Assembly (NCBI GenBank): GCA_963745835.1
Contig: CAVUZH010000003.1
Span: 224,001 to 288,000 of the forward strand
Direction of reading: 5' to 3'
DNA length: 64,000 nt
Source of the DNA: an uncultured delta proteobacterium
GTDB taxonomy: Bacteria > Desulfobacterota > Binatia > UBA9968
The translations under genes and the position numbers were made by a program. Shown here piece after piece: positions 30,013 to 41,169 of this stretch (position 1 is the stretch's first letter; the number at the start of each line of letters is the position of its first letter). A model generated the notes under the pieces. That model saw only the letters and a list, made by a program, of their open reading frames with translations, was not told where the DNA came from and did no database searches.

Positions 30013-30465
30013 ATGTCTATAAGCGAAAAATTGTCGACCGGGATGATCTGGTGCTGCGGCGAGCTGCGCAATCGAAAACAGAGAGTATTGTCGACATCAC
30101 ATTGGGAGTTTGTTGATTACTTGCGGGAAACGATTCGTTCCTCCGAAGCTATTCTTAGATCCCCTTTTTAGACTCATCATCATAGTTCCATGTAACAACT
30201 GCTCAGTGCTTGTGCTTAGCATAGGCGGGTGTACGTGGGCAAATCGTTTTTGCGAACGGAACGAGTCACGCAAACCGAAGCTACTAGAGTCACCGTACCA
30301 CCGACCCAGCAAATTAGCCTTTCAAAGGTGCCGGGACTCTTTAGTCCAAATTCGAATTCTCGAAGATAAGCGAGTTGTAGCAAGTTCGGTTCCAGTGAAA
30401 TTTGCAGCTAGCGGTCGGGATAGTGTAAGACTAAATCAAAACCGAAAGTATGAGGCGGCAATTTT

Positions 30466-31362
30466 ATGGCAATACGCATGGGTACGTCGGAACATGGCGG
30501 CACTTTCTACACCCAGGGAGCGGCATTCGCGGAGTTGTTCAATCGCGGCAGGGTCGAAGACAAGTGCATCGTCAAAACAACCGAAGCCAGCATTCACAAT
30601 GCGGAGCAACTGGACAGAGGCGAGCTAGAATTCGGTTTCATGGCTTCGAATTGGATCGGCCGAGCAAAAGATGGTGCGGCGCCATTCACACGCGAGATTG
30701 ACCTGCGCATGGTTGCGCCCGCGAATGTCGGGCCGATGTTTTTTGTCAAGCGCGCCGACTCGCCGATCCAAAGCATCGCGGAGTTCAAAGGTAAGCGCAT
30801 CGCTATCGGCACCAAGGGAAGCGGCATGGAACAACATGTGCAAACGATGTTCGCTGTGCTCGGAATCAAGTTAGACAGCTTCACGCCAGTGAATATGAGT
30901 TTCGCCGAAGGCGCTGATGAATTGATCGCCGGCAACATCGATGCGCAGTTCCAGCCACCCATTCCCAATCGTGTTATGACCGATCTGAGCCTGCGCGCCG
31001 ACATTCGCGTCATCCCTTATGCGCCTGGTCAACTGCCTAGGGTTGTCGGCGAAGTTCCATTCTACCGAAGCGTCATTATTGAAAAGGATGCGTTCCGGGG
31101 AGTGGTGGAAGATATCGCGCAGCTCGGGGTGGTCAATGTTTTGGTGACACATGCGCGGACGTCTGAAAGCATCGTTCACGACATGGCGCGGGCCATCGTT
31201 GATAATCTGGATAATCTGCCAAACATGAATCGCCTCTTCAGAGGCCTTAAAAGCCTGTTCGAGCCGCTCCGGATCGAGGGTCGCGCGGCGCTGGAATTCG
31301 GCGGCGTGCCGTTACATCCCGGAGCAATAAGAGCCTACACAGAAGCAGGTTGGTTGAAATAA
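30466..31362 (+). CDS. TAXI-family TRAP transporter solute receptor
   Basis: GTSEHGGTFY..G, S..N, FKGKRIAIGTKGSG, VPLHPGAIRAY. Confidence 0.85.
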   Translation: MAIRMGTSEHGGTFYTQGAAFAELFNRGRVEDKCIVKTTEASIHNAEQLDRGELEFGFMASNWIGRAKDGAAPFTREIDLRMVAPANVGPMFFVKRADSPIQSIAEFKGKRIAIGTKGSGMEQHVQTMFAVLGIKLDSFTPVNMSFAEGADELIAGNIDAQFQPPIPNRVMTDLSLRADIRVIPYAPGQLPRVVGEVPFYRSVIIEKDAFRGVVEDIAQLGVVNVLVTHARTSESIVHDMARAIVDNLDNLPNMNRLFRGLKSLFEPLRIEGRAALEFGGVPLHPGAIRAYTEAGWLK

Positions 31363-31558
31363 CCGCCGACGAGATCCACCCCAAGTAGACGCATCGGTTG
31401 AGTGAATCCTCGCGTCGGCGGCATCCCTCCGTTATTTTCATTCTAAGCTAACAGCGCGTTGCCTTGGCCAGATAACGCTTTCTCTGTAAGAGTAAACAAG
31501 AAGCGACAGAAACTCTCGTATCCGGTCATAACTCAGATGGAATCAGCAGCAGCAGGAG

Positions 31559-32998
31559 ATGGATCGCAATCTTATTTTTATAGCGGGGGCAAGCGGATAC
31601 ATCGGTGGACGCTTGCTGATGGTTCTGGAAGCAAAAGGCTACCGAGTCCGCTGCCTCGCGCGTCGTCCTGAGTATCTCCGGCCCCGTATCGGCCAGGCCA
31701 CCGAAGTTGTTGCCGGGGATGTCTTTGCCCCTGAAACTCTCGACGCCGCTTTGGGCGGCGTGGATCAGGCCTATTATCTCGTTCATTCCATGGGGAGCGC
31801 CGAGTCTTTCGAGAAACAGGACCGGATCGCCGCGCGCAACTTTGCCGCTTCCGCGCGGCGCGCTGGAGTACGTCGAATCATATACCTCGGTGGTTTGGGA
31901 AGCGGCGATGCGCTTTCCCCTCATTTGCGTAGCCGTCAAGAAGTCGGCAACATCTTGCGCGACGCCGGAGTACCAGTCATCGAATTGCGCGCTTCTATCG
32001 TTATCGGCTCCGGTAGCCTTTCCTTTGAGATGATTCGCGCCCTGGTCGAACGTCTGCCGGTCATGATTACGCCGAGATGGGTGTCGGTCACCGCGCAACC
32101 TATCGCGGTGCGCGATGTGCTGGACTATCTGGCCGGCGCTCTGGAAGTGACCACGGCCGAAAGCCGGATCTTCGAAATCGGCGGAAACGATCGAGTATCC
32201 TACAAGGACATCATGGCGGAGTATGCCCGGCAACGCGGTTTGCGGCGCATTATGATTTCGGTTCCTGTAATCACTCCCAGGCTATCAAGTCTGTGGCTGG
32301 CGCTGATCACGCCGGTCTATGCGCGAACTGGACGAAAGCTCGTCGACAGCATTCGCAATCCGACGATTGTCCGCGATTCAGCAGCGCTCGCCGCTTTTGA
32401 CATCCGGCCGCTCGGTGTCGCGGCAGCGATTGCCGCGGCGTTGCGCAACGAAGACCTTGAACTCGCCGCGACCCGCTGGTCCGATTCGCTCTCCGCTGCG
32501 GGGGCGCAACCTACCTGGGCGGGCGTGCGATTTGGCAATAGACTCGTCGACTCGCGGGTTGCCGATGTCAAGGTTCCTAGCGAATGCGCATTCGCTGTGA
32601 TTTGTCGACTCGGTGGAGCGACAGGTTGGTATTATGCAAATTGGCTCTGGCAGTTACGCGGCTGGTTCGACTTGCTGGTCGGCGGCGTGGGCCTGCGCCG
32701 CGGCCGTCGCCACCCGGAAGAGTTGCGGGTCGGCGATGCTCTGGATTTTTGGCGGGTGGAAGCAGTAGATGTCAATCGCCGTTTGCGGTTGCTTGCGGAA
32801 ATGAAGTTGCCGGGCCGCGCCTGGCTTGAATATCTACTGGAACCGCATGGCAGCGGAACTCGGATAACCCAGAATGCGATTTTCGATCCCGTGGGCTTGG
32901 CAGGGCTTGCATATTGGTATGCTGTCTATCCTCTGCATCGAATCCTCTTCGGCGGCATGTTGCGCGCCATTGGCCGTAAGGCCGAACAGAGCTTATAA
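31559..32998 (+). CDS. NAD(P)-binding SDR-like oxidoreductase with DUF2867 C-terminus (YbjT-like)
   Basis: GASGYIG, YYLVHSM, HLRSRQEV, GDALDFWRVE..AEMKLPGRAWLE. Confidence 0.9.
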   Translation: MDRNLIFIAGASGYIGGRLLMVLEAKGYRVRCLARRPEYLRPRIGQATEVVAGDVFAPETLDAALGGVDQAYYLVHSMGSAESFEKQDRIAARNFAASARRAGVRRIIYLGGLGSGDALSPHLRSRQEVGNILRDAGVPVIELRASIVIGSGSLSFEMIRALVERLPVMITPRWVSVTAQPIAVRDVLDYLAGALEVTTAESRIFEIGGNDRVSYKDIMAEYARQRGLRRIMISVPVITPRLSSLWLALITPVYARTGRKLVDSIRNPTIVRDSAALAAFDIRPLGVAAAIAAALRNEDLELAATRWSDSLSAAGAQPTWAGVRFGNRLVDSRVADVKVPSECAFAVICRLGGATGWYYANWLWQLRGWFDLLVGGVGLRRGRRHPEELRVGDALDFWRVEAVDVNRRLRLLAEMKLPGRAWLEYLLEPHGSGTRITQNAIFDPVGLAGLAYWYAVYPLHRILFGGMLRAIGRKAEQSL

Positions 32999-33123
32999 GC
33001 GGAGGCGCGCACACTGTTCTCCAGCCGCCGTGAAAAACGTTGTAAGTGAAAACCGCTCGCGCTGTCGATGACGCCATGAAAGCTCAGCTCACGCGATTCG
33101 CTCCAAGTTTCTGATCAACTCTC

Positions 33124-33999
33124 ATGAAGGACCGCTCGGAAGTTGTTCTAAGAGTTACACCTGATTCTAGACTGGCCGACGAATGGGCGCTCGTTCTTAT
33201 AACTCAAGGTTTATCGCCCAGCTTACATCATGACGAGGGGGGTGTGGTTCTCAGCGTTCCTGCGGCTGAGGTGGAAATGGCGCTTGCCGGCCTGGCAGCC
33301 TACGAAAAGGAGAATACGGCTCCTGTTCAAAACCAGAATCGTGCGGATGATTTCGCAAGTTTGATCGCAGGGATCGTCGTTGCGGGTGTGCTGATCTTAA
33401 GTCATGCCGTTGCCGTTAGATGGAAAGAGGCCGCCCCTTGGTTCGATCAAGGCAGCGCCGCATCGAGCCGAATACTTGACGGCGAGCTATGGCGCACAGT
33501 CACGGCTCTCACTCTGCATGCCGATCTTGTCCATTTGTTTAGCAACGCCGTGGCCGCAGCCATTTTCGTCACGGCGCTTTCCAGCATCGTAGGCGCCGGG
33601 CTTGCCGTCGCTCTGGTCATGCTCGCCGGCGCTTGCGGGAATTTAGTTAACGCCTTGATGCAAGGCTCTTCCCACGTCTCGGTGGGAGCCTCCACTGCAA
33701 TCTTTGGCGCAGTCGGGGTGCTCGGGACTCTGGGATTGGTTAGGAGGCGACGAGAACCAACGCGAAGTCGTGGTGCCTGGATTCCAATCGCGGCTGCGCT
33801 TGGCTTACTTGCGATGCTTGGCACCGGTACCGGCCGCACCGATCTTCTGGCTCACCTGTTCGGCTTTTTCTGCGGCGCTTTATTAGGAGTTCCGGTCGGG
33901 TTGTTCTTTCCCGCTATGCCGGGACAAGTAATCCAATGGGTCTGCGGTAGCGCTACAGTTCTGGTGCTGATCTACTGCTGGACTTTAGCTCTGGGTTGA
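33124..33999 (+). CDS. Rhomboid-family intramembrane serine protease
   Basis: GELWRTVTALTLHAD..HL..N, SVGASTAIFG (catalytic Ser), AHLFGF (His). Confidence 0.9.
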   Translation: MKDRSEVVLRVTPDSRLADEWALVLITQGLSPSLHHDEGGVVLSVPAAEVEMALAGLAAYEKENTAPVQNQNRADDFASLIAGIVVAGVLILSHAVAVRWKEAAPWFDQGSAASSRILDGELWRTVTALTLHADLVHLFSNAVAAAIFVTALSSIVGAGLAVALVMLAGACGNLVNALMQGSSHVSVGASTAIFGAVGVLGTLGLVRRRREPTRSRGAWIPIAAALGLLAMLGTGTGRTDLLAHLFGFFCGALLGVPVGLFFPAMPGQVIQWVCGSATVLVLIYCWTLALG

Positions 34000-34051
34000 G
34001 AAGCTCGGATCGGATCGGCCGAACGGTTCAGTTTACGGCTCGCGCTTTTCC

Positions 34052-35338
34052 TTAGTGTTTTGTCTCGTGCCTCTGTGCTGCATCCGTATTCTCGCCAAAG
34101 GAATTACCCGCTTGCCGGATGGAGGGAAGCTGGGTGGCAAAAACCGCTACTGCAAGAAGACAGACGGTGCCGGCGATCATCATCGTGCCGGGCGTTCCGA
34201 TCCATGCAGCGATCGCTCCGAATAGCAGGCTGCCTAATGATTCGATGCCGCGGCGCGCCATGACGAACAGGCTCAGCACCCGGCCGCGTTTCTGATCCTC
34301 GACTATCGTCTGCACGATAGTGTTGCTTGAGGCCATCTGCATCATCAGCGAGAAACCTAGCACGAGCGCGATAATCAAAGAGATCGGCAGCGCATTGGAC
34401 AACGCTAGCGCAAAATATCCGATGCCATAGAGGACTGCGGCTATCACGATCATCTCTCCGAGGCCTTTGAGATTGTTGCGCGAAGCAAGAAATACCGCGC
34501 CGGCAAGGGCGCCGACGCCGGTGGCCGACATGAGATAACCGAAAACACGTGGGCCGCCCTGCAGAATGTCTTCCGCATACACCGGCATAAGCAGCGGGTA
34601 GGATGCGGCGACGAAACTCACCACCGCGACGAAAATTAGAATCGATCGAATCGGCACTGATGCAAACGTGTAAGTTGCGCCTTCGATGATGGCCGCCTTA
34701 AAACCAAGCGCGCTCGAAGAAAACTTCTTTTTGGGAATCTTCATCATCATCAGCGCGCCTACAACTGTAAGGTAACTCACGCTGTTGATCGCAAAGCAGA
34801 GCCCTTCTCCCACGGTCGCGATCAGAATGCCGGCGACTGCGGGACCGATTAAAAGCGCGCCGTTGAAGATGAAAGAGTTTAGAGCAATGGCGTTCGGCAA
34901 ATCATCCTTATTCTCGATCATATCAACGATGAAGGCTTGGCGCGCGGTAATATCAAAGGCGCTGATGATACCAAGGATCCCGCCCAGGACGATCACATGC
35001 CAGACTGCGACAGATTCAGTGATGACGAGGAGGGCCAGTACCGCAGCCTGGATCGCGGCCAGCAGTTGGGTGACGAAAAGTATTTGATGGCGTTTGAGCC
35101 GGTCTGCCAAAACACCGGCAAACGGTACCAGAAAAAATAGCGGGATGTCGCTGACAAATGCCACGACACCCAACATCAACTCCGACTTGGTGAGCCGATA
35201 GACCAGCCAGCGCATGGCGATCTGTTGCATCCAGGTACCGATAAGCGACGCCGCCTGGCCAAAGAAGAACAGTCGAAAATTTCGCGAGCTCAGCGCGCGA
35301 ACGAGAAACTTTAGATTGTTTATCTGGATACGCATCAA
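34052..35338 (-). CDS. MFS transporter (MFS_3/DHA3-like)
   Basis: RNFRLFFFGQ..S.IGTWMQ, AGVLADR, NAIALNS, about 12 TM helices. Confidence 0.9.
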   Translation of the reverse strand: MMRIQINNLKFLVRALSSRNFRLFFFGQAASLIGTWMQQIAMRWLVYRLTKSELMLGVVAFVSDIPLFFLVPFAGVLADRLKRHQILFVTQLLAAIQAAVLALLVITESVAVWHVIVLGGILGIISAFDITARQAFIVDMIENKDDLPNAIALNSFIFNGALLIGPAVAGILIATVGEGLCFAINSVSYLTVVGALMMMKIPKKKFSSSALGFKAAIIEGATYTFASVPIRSILIFVAVVSFVAASYPLLMPVYAEDILQGGPRVFGYLMSATGVGALAGAVFLASRNNLKGLGEMIVIAAVLYGIGYFALALSNALPISLIIALVLGFSLMMQMASSNTIVQTIVEDQKRGRVLSLFVMARRGIESLGSLLFGAIAAWIGTPGTMMIAGTVCLLAVAVFATQLPSIRQAGNSFGENTDAAQRHETKH

Positions 35339-35594
35339 TCTAGTACTGGCAGGCTTTTAGATGGACCAGTTCATGAACGTTTGTTCAACGGAAGGATGTG
35401 CCGAACCTACGCAACTTCTCTTCATCTCTAGGTCCGGAGCGAAGATGTCCCTGACACGGGACTTTTGTTGCAAACACGACACATCACAAGTTGCTGTGGC
35501 AAAAAACTCTAGAATAACTTTGCCATTTTATTTCCGAATCGCGTTTGGCACCTGCTGTGCACCCTACGGAGTACACTACATAATTGGAGGACAT

Positions 35595-35858
35595 ATGAAC
35601 AAACATCGGCTCAATCCGGATCAATTCAAATGTGACTGGCCTGAATTCAGAAGCGAACTGCAAAAAAACTGGAAAGACTTCTCCGACGAGGACCTGACGG
35701 AAATCGAAGGGGATTACGAGAAGTTCGTTTCGATGGTGCAGAAAAGGTGCCGCGACAAGGAAGAGGACGTTGTGCGCTGGGCCACCGACTGGTACTCCCG
35801 ACGTGAACAGCACGACGCCGCGGCCAGACAATCCACGATATCACGAAATCAAATGTAA
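35595..35858 (+). CDS. CsbD/YjbJ-like stress protein
   Basis: GGAGG RBS; NPDQFKCDWPEFRSELQKNWKDFSDEDLTEIEGDYEKFVSMVQKR. Confidence 0.75.
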   Translation: MNKHRLNPDQFKCDWPEFRSELQKNWKDFSDEDLTEIEGDYEKFVSMVQKRCRDKEEDVVRWATDWYSRREQHDAAARQSTISRNQM

Positions 35859-35912
35859 CATTATTAAGCTTGGATGGGCTAATCGCGTTTCGATAAATTG
35901 CACATAAGTTGT

Positions 35913-35946
35913 ATCGCGACCGGTGTCTGCAGGCACCGGTCGCGGT
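35913..35946. terminator. GC-rich hairpin between convergent genes
   Basis: CGCGACCGGTG..CACCGGTCGCG 11-bp perfect stem; no clear U-tract. Confidence 0.4.
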
Positions 35947-36089
35947 ATACGTGTCCGCTACCTGCAGCTTCTTATTCGATCGGCATCAGCAGAACGCTTT
36001 ACACTCGTAGAGGCTTCGTTTTTCAAATTGAGTCAACACAGGCGGGGCTGTGCTGGTCAACGAGCAATCCCTTAATCAATCAGGTGCGT

Positions 36090-37085
36090 TTACATCTTCA
36101 GCAAGCGCTTGGCGTTGCCCTCGAGCATCAGTAGCTTGTCCGCTTCGGAGACGTCCAGTTCCTCAACCTTCTTCGCCGCCTGCCAATCGCCCAGATCATA
36201 GGGATAGTCCGTGCCCACCATGATGTGGTCCACGCCAGCCAGACCGATCAAATACTTGATGGTATCGAGCCGATAAATCATGTCGTCATAGTAGATATTC
36301 TTCAGATAGCCGCTGGGCGGCATCTTGGCTTTGGCCGCGCGGGCGCCGGCGCGAACTTCCCAGCCCCGGTCGAAGCGCCCGAGATGGTACGGGAAGAATC
36401 CGCCGCCATGGAGAATGCAAAGCTTTAGATTGGGAAATCGGTCGAATACGCCGCTGTAGGTGAGAAAGCCAAAGCAGAGCGCGCTGTCGGCGGGATTGCC
36501 GCAAATCAATTTCAAACCGTAAGGATTCATCTTATCGGCGCCGGCGACATCCTCCGGATGCATCACGATCATGACGTCGAGTTCTTGCGCTTTGGCCCAG
36601 AACGGATCGAAATCCGGCGTGCCGTAATAGTTGCCATTGACGTTGGTGCCGATGTAGCCGCCCTTGAATTTCAGATCGCGCACCGCGTGCTCCAGGACTT
36701 TGGCGGCGCGGGTCGGGTCCTGTAGCGGCACCGAGGCCATGCCGACAAATCGACCCGGGTGGCTGTCGATCAAACCCTTGATTCCCTCATTGTAAACGGT
36801 GCACCAGTTTTCGCCTTGCTCACCGGTGAGGCGATAACCCAATGTTGCTGTGTGAGCTTCCAGCGCAGCCATGGCGAGCTTAGAATCCTCCATCATCTTT
36901 AGCCGTTCGTCGATCGCCGGGAGTTCCGGGTGGAGCACGAAAGGTGGCCCGCCGGCAAACGACAGCGACTGCTGTCCGTCTTTTTCCGTTAGTTCGACGC
37001 CGAGATGCTTGCCGCGCTTTCTGGCTTCTTCCAATAGGCTTTTGGGCACATAATGATGATGGATATCGATAGCGCAGGTTTTCAT
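36090..37085 (-). CDS. Amidohydrolase_2 family (ACMSD-like decarboxylase/hydratase)
   Basis: IDIHHH, MHP, GVFDRFPNL..LHGGG..P, GTDYPY. Confidence 0.9.
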   Translation of the reverse strand: MKTCAIDIHHHYVPKSLLEEARKRGKHLGVELTEKDGQQSLSFAGGPPFVLHPELPAIDERLKMMEDSKLAMAALEAHTATLGYRLTGEQGENWCTVYNEGIKGLIDSHPGRFVGMASVPLQDPTRAAKVLEHAVRDLKFKGGYIGTNVNGNYYGTPDFDPFWAKAQELDVMIVMHPEDVAGADKMNPYGLKLICGNPADSALCFGFLTYSGVFDRFPNLKLCILHGGGFFPYHLGRFDRGWEVRAGARAAKAKMPPSGYLKNIYYDDMIYRLDTIKYLIGLAGVDHIMVGTDYPYDLGDWQAAKKVEELDVSEADKLLMLEGNAKRLLKM

Positions 37086-37121
37086 TTTGATTCGATCCTT
37101 GTGAAGCTATGGTCTAATGGA

Positions 37122-37153
37122 ATGTGGCGTTGGCCGCTAAGCCAACGCCACAT
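37122..37153. repeat. Perfect 13-bp-stem hairpin
   Basis: ATGTGGCGTTGGC-cgctaa-GCCAACGCCACAT between two co-oriented amidohydrolase genes. Confidence 0.8.
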
Positions 37154-37181
37154 GATCAGAAATCGCAAGGGGGAAGTCTAG

Positions 37182-38847
37182 TTAGTTGATGCAAAGCTGC
37201 TGGCGCCGGACCTTACCAGGGAAGACATCGTTGCAGTGACCTTCTTCCACCACTGTCGCGCCGTTGACGATGACCGCCTTCATTCCCGGCGGGTGTCTCT
37301 TCACTTCCTGGGCATCGATGACGTCGGGCAACTGCTTGCTGACCAAGTCGTCGATTTTATCCGGATCGAAAACAGTCAAATCCGCGGGCATTCCTTCTTT
37401 GACCAAACCACGGTTGAGCCGAAGTTTCTTCGCCGGAAAACCGGTGAGCTTGTGGACCGCTTGTTCGAGGCTAAATAGATTTTTCTCGCGGCGCCAGAAG
37501 CCGAGAACTTTTGTTGGCGCGCCGTGCCAGAAAAATCGATCGAGATGCGCTCCAACATCGGTGCCGATCAGGCTGGTGTCGGATTTGATCATTTCCGCAA
37601 GCAGCTCGGGATGAGCGTTGGCAAGGCCATGATAAAGGATTTGCGAATCTAGATTGTCTTCGAGCCAGGTATCGAAGAACGCGTCCACCGGCGCTTTCTC
37701 GGTCAAGCGGGCGATCTCTACGACGTTCTTACCTTCGATCTTTTTAAGCTCCGGTTTTTTCACGTGCTCGAAAACCACCCGATCCCAACCATGCCATTCG
37801 GGAAACTCGAGTTTGCCCTCGCAAGCGATCCGCTCCTTTTCGATTTTGCGTCTGGTTTCTTTATCGGCCAGCTTGGACTTTGAAATCGCTCGAATTCTTG
37901 ATCGCTTCCCATGTCGGCAGGCCGTTGAAAAGGAAACAGTCGTCGATGTTGAATCGGCGAATATGCTGATAAGGAATTACCACGCCGTAAATGTCTTGGC
38001 CGCGCTTTTGAGCTTCTTCCATGTATTTGATCGACTGCATGCCCGCGGCTTTTGCGCCAGGCCGCACGCGGAATTCGTTGCCGATCTGTAATGTTTTTAT
38101 CTTGGTCAGCATTTCCGGAACGCCGGATTCCGGCTGCAGGACCATCTGAAAGCCATTGAACTGGAAGCAGCCGTTGTATTCGGCGGCGACGCCGGCCAAC
38201 TCGATGATCTCCTGATGGGTCGCGAAAGTGCTCGGCGTGCCGGCATGAATCGCGGGCCCGCCGCGCGGGCTGGTAGAAAAACCGATGGCTCCCAGCTCCA
38301 TGCCTTCGCGCACCATTTTCTTCATCGTGTCCAGCTCTTCAGGAGTGGACTCGCGCGCGTAGGCGGCTTCGCCCATTACCGTCAAGCGAACCGGAGAGTG
38401 GGGCATCAACGGCAGCACGTTAATTGCGATCTTGCCCTCGAGATAATTCAGGTACTCGGCAAATGTGTTCCACTTCCAGTCCTTATCGTCGACATACTTA
38501 TCCAGCACCCGACGTAAATACTGGACTAAAACCTGGCGCGGTTCCGGTTTCGGCGGTACGGGCGCGCACGAGGCGCCGCAATCGCCGATAACGATGCTGG
38601 TAACGCCATAATTAACCACCGGATTGCCATTAGGATACTGAACAATAAAGGCGTCCATGTGGGTGTGAGAATCGATGAATCCCGGCGCCACGACCTGTCC
38701 CTTGGCGTCAATCTCCTTTTTTCCCGAGCCTAGATTTTTGCCGATAGCGGCGATTTTGTCGCCGTCGATGGCCACGTCTGCCTGGTAGGCCGGACTTCCA
38801 CTGCCGTCAACTACCGTGCCGTTTTTGATCAGTAAGTCATGCGTCAT
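37182..38847 (-). CDS. N-acyl-D-amino-acid deacylase family amidohydrolase, frameshifted near 37875
   Basis: DLLIKNGTVVDGSG..APGFIDSHTHMD..GVTSIVIGDCG; C-terminal GTDVGAH, SLEQAVHKLTG.PA, RG..G.PADL.VFDP. Confidence 0.85.
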
Positions 38848-38999
38848 ATGCGTGTCGCCTCCTTTGTGAACTTATTTCGCTTATCCCACTGAAGGTCCCA
38901 GGCTGTCAACCGCGTGGATGAGCTTCGAAATCATGCCGCATCACGGTGCGTCTTCATCTCCGTAACTCGCCGTAAGCAGCCGTTCGCGTTGTTTTAGTA

Positions 39000-39078
39000 G
39001 TTCCAAGTTCCAATAGTTCCAGTTGTTCCAATCGTTTGGAACGCGCCCAAGCGTTGGAACGTTTGGAACGATTGGAAC
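39000..39078. repeat. Inverted array of ~9-bp tandem repeats (GTTCCAA / TTGGAAC)
   Basis: Four GTTCCA(A) units followed by four TTGGAAC units. Confidence 0.8.
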
Positions 39079-39119
39079 CGGAGAGACGAGAGGTGACTTT
39101 TTTGTGCTACACTACGACG

Positions 39120-39638
39120 ATGAACCCCAATATCGAAGACGCCAAACGGAAAGTGAGCGCCTGGGTGGAAAAACACAAGCAGGCAACGCTGTTGGACGAG
39201 GAGAGTTCGACGCTCTTGGATGTAGCATCGGGACGAAAGACAGTTATTCCATGGCGTGACCTGGCGGCCTTCGAAGAAAAAATTCATCCCGAGACGCAAG
39301 GCAGCTATCTGGTTCTGCTGTTCGAAGACGGCAAACAAATCGCGCTGGTGGATCCGGGAGGTGTCGCATTTGCTCCATCGTTGGAGAACACCGGGCCGTT
39401 ACGGGATGCGCCGCCGGTAGTTTGTCTCAAAGACTTTCATACGCTCAAACCGCGCATCGATCATTACCTCTATGATCATCCCGACGAACCTCCGCCGAAG
39501 GAAACTCTCGACCTGGTGATGCTCTGCATCGCCATTCTCGACGGCGCGCGCGCCGTGGGATTCGATATCGCCGATCTTGAAGGGGAACTAGAGAAGTCTC
39601 TAAGCGACATCGAGCGCAGGACCGGTTCAACGAATTGA
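39120..39638 (+). CDS. Hypothetical protein
   Basis: Intact ORF with protein-like composition; no motif recognised; the upstream extension is repeat-derived. Confidence 0.7.
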   Translation: MNPNIEDAKRKVSAWVEKHKQATLLDEESSTLLDVASGRKTVIPWRDLAAFEEKIHPETQGSYLVLLFEDGKQIALVDPGGVAFAPSLENTGPLRDAPPVVCLKDFHTLKPRIDHYLYDHPDEPPPKETLDLVMLCIAILDGARAVGFDIADLEGELEKSLSDIERRTGSTN

Positions 39639-39692
39639 GATCGACTCCGGGATCGTGCGAGATCTTCCGCTCCTTCCAGGTAAAAAATCCAT

Positions 39693-40935
39693 ATGGGAAT
39701 CGTTAACAACCTGCATTGTCCGAAGTGTGCGCACCGGGCAACTTCTAGAATCGAGTTTCAATGCCCACTATGCGGCTCCATTCTTGAAGTCGAGGTCGAG
39801 ATCGGTCATTTGACTCGCGCCGATTTTGAGGCCATGCGCCAGAGTCGCGACCGAAGTATCTGGCGCTGGTTCGACTTTTTTCCAGTCGAAGATCGATCTT
39901 GCATCGTTTCGCTGGGCGAGGGAAGCACACCGCTACTTAACGCGCGGGGTCTCGGCGAGCGCGTCGAGCTGGCCAATCTGTATTTAAAGAATGACACCGT
40001 TCTTCCGACCGGATCGCTGAAAGACCGCAGCAACAGCGTCGGAATTTCCAAAGCGAAGGAACTGGGCTTTACAACCACGACGGTGATGTCGACCGGTAAC
40101 GCGGCCGCTTCGGTCGCGGCGTATTCCGCGGCGGCAGGAATGAAAAGCGTGGTCATGGTTCCGGCAGGCACCGCGCCTTCCAAGATCATTCAGGCGCGCG
40201 CCTATGGAGCGTTGGTGGTGGTCATCGATGGGAATTTCGATCAGGAGGTCGCGCAGCTCTATAAGGCGGCAGTGAGAGAGTTCGGTTGGTACGATTGTCT
40301 GTCGTCGAATCCTTACCGCGAAGGCAAAAAGTCGTATGCGTATGAACTGGTGGATCAGTTCGACGAGCAGATTCCTGATTGGCTGATACATCCCACGGCG
40401 GGTGGTACCGGCATCTACGCCGCATGGAAAGGATTCAATGAATTGGTTTCTTTGAATCTGATCGATCGCGCCCCCAGACTCGTGGTTGCTCAGAGCGCGG
40501 CAGCGGCGCCCATAGTCGACGCCTTTGAAAACGACCTGGCCGAGATTGTTCCGGTAATCGCGCGGCAGACGGTCGCGGAAAGCATCCAGGTCGGCAACCC
40601 AGCTTCGTTAGGGTGGCGCGCCCTGGCGGCAGTGCGCGAATCCAGGGGCAGCGCAGTGGCGGTGAGTGACCGAGAAACTCTCGAAGCGCAATATCTGATC
40701 GGTTCAAAAGCAGGAATCTTTGCCGAGCCCGCGGCGGCAACGTCGTTAGCGGCGGCTATCAAGCTGCGAAAATCGGGCGTGATCGGTCAAGGACGATGTT
40801 GTCGTGTGCAATCTCACAGGTCACGGTTTGAAACAGCCGGAAGCGATTCGCATTCCGCAGAGCGAGCTTCAGCCCATTGCGCCGACACTGGACGCGCTGC
40901 GCGAGAAACTTCGCAAGGGCGGCAGCGCGGTCTAA
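39693..40935 (+). CDS. thrC: Threonine synthase-like PLP enzyme, frameshifted near 40790
   Basis: N-terminal Zn ribbon, SLGEGSTPL, PTGSLKDR (PLP Lys), STGNAA, EGKKS, GIFAEPAAA; shifted frame gives VVCNLTGHGLK. Confidence 0.8.
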
Positions 40936-41113
40936 CCTGAGCTCGTTCTCGACCGTAGAATATGGGCTGAGTCGTAAGGGAGTGGCACCACGAAGGGCAC
41001 GAAGATCACGAAGTCATATATACGGCAACCATACTCCCGAGAGCAGTCTCCGGAGCCAGCGGAGCGGAAATGTCACGGGCCGTTTGAAAAACTTGTTGCG
41101 AGCTATCGAGAGT

Positions 41114-41156
41114 TTGTTGAAATCGCCAGAATACGCTAAAGTAGTGATGTCACTAC
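41114..41156 (+). promoter_or_regulatory. Probable promoter and palindromic operator of the TA operon
   Basis: TTGTTG-17 bp-TAAAGT overlapping perfect inverted repeat GTAGTGA-tg-TCACTAC (41141-41156), just before the GGAGG RBS. Confidence 0.6.
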
Positions 41157-41169
41157 ATGGAGGGACCGT

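Noticed and set aside
39000-39078. Possible CRISPR array
   Set aside because: Units are 7-9 bp without unique spacers, and no cas genes are present in the window
39036-39119. LERLERLE-containing N-terminus of the 200-aa ORF
   Set aside because: Translation of the TTGGAAC micro-repeat, not a real coiled coil
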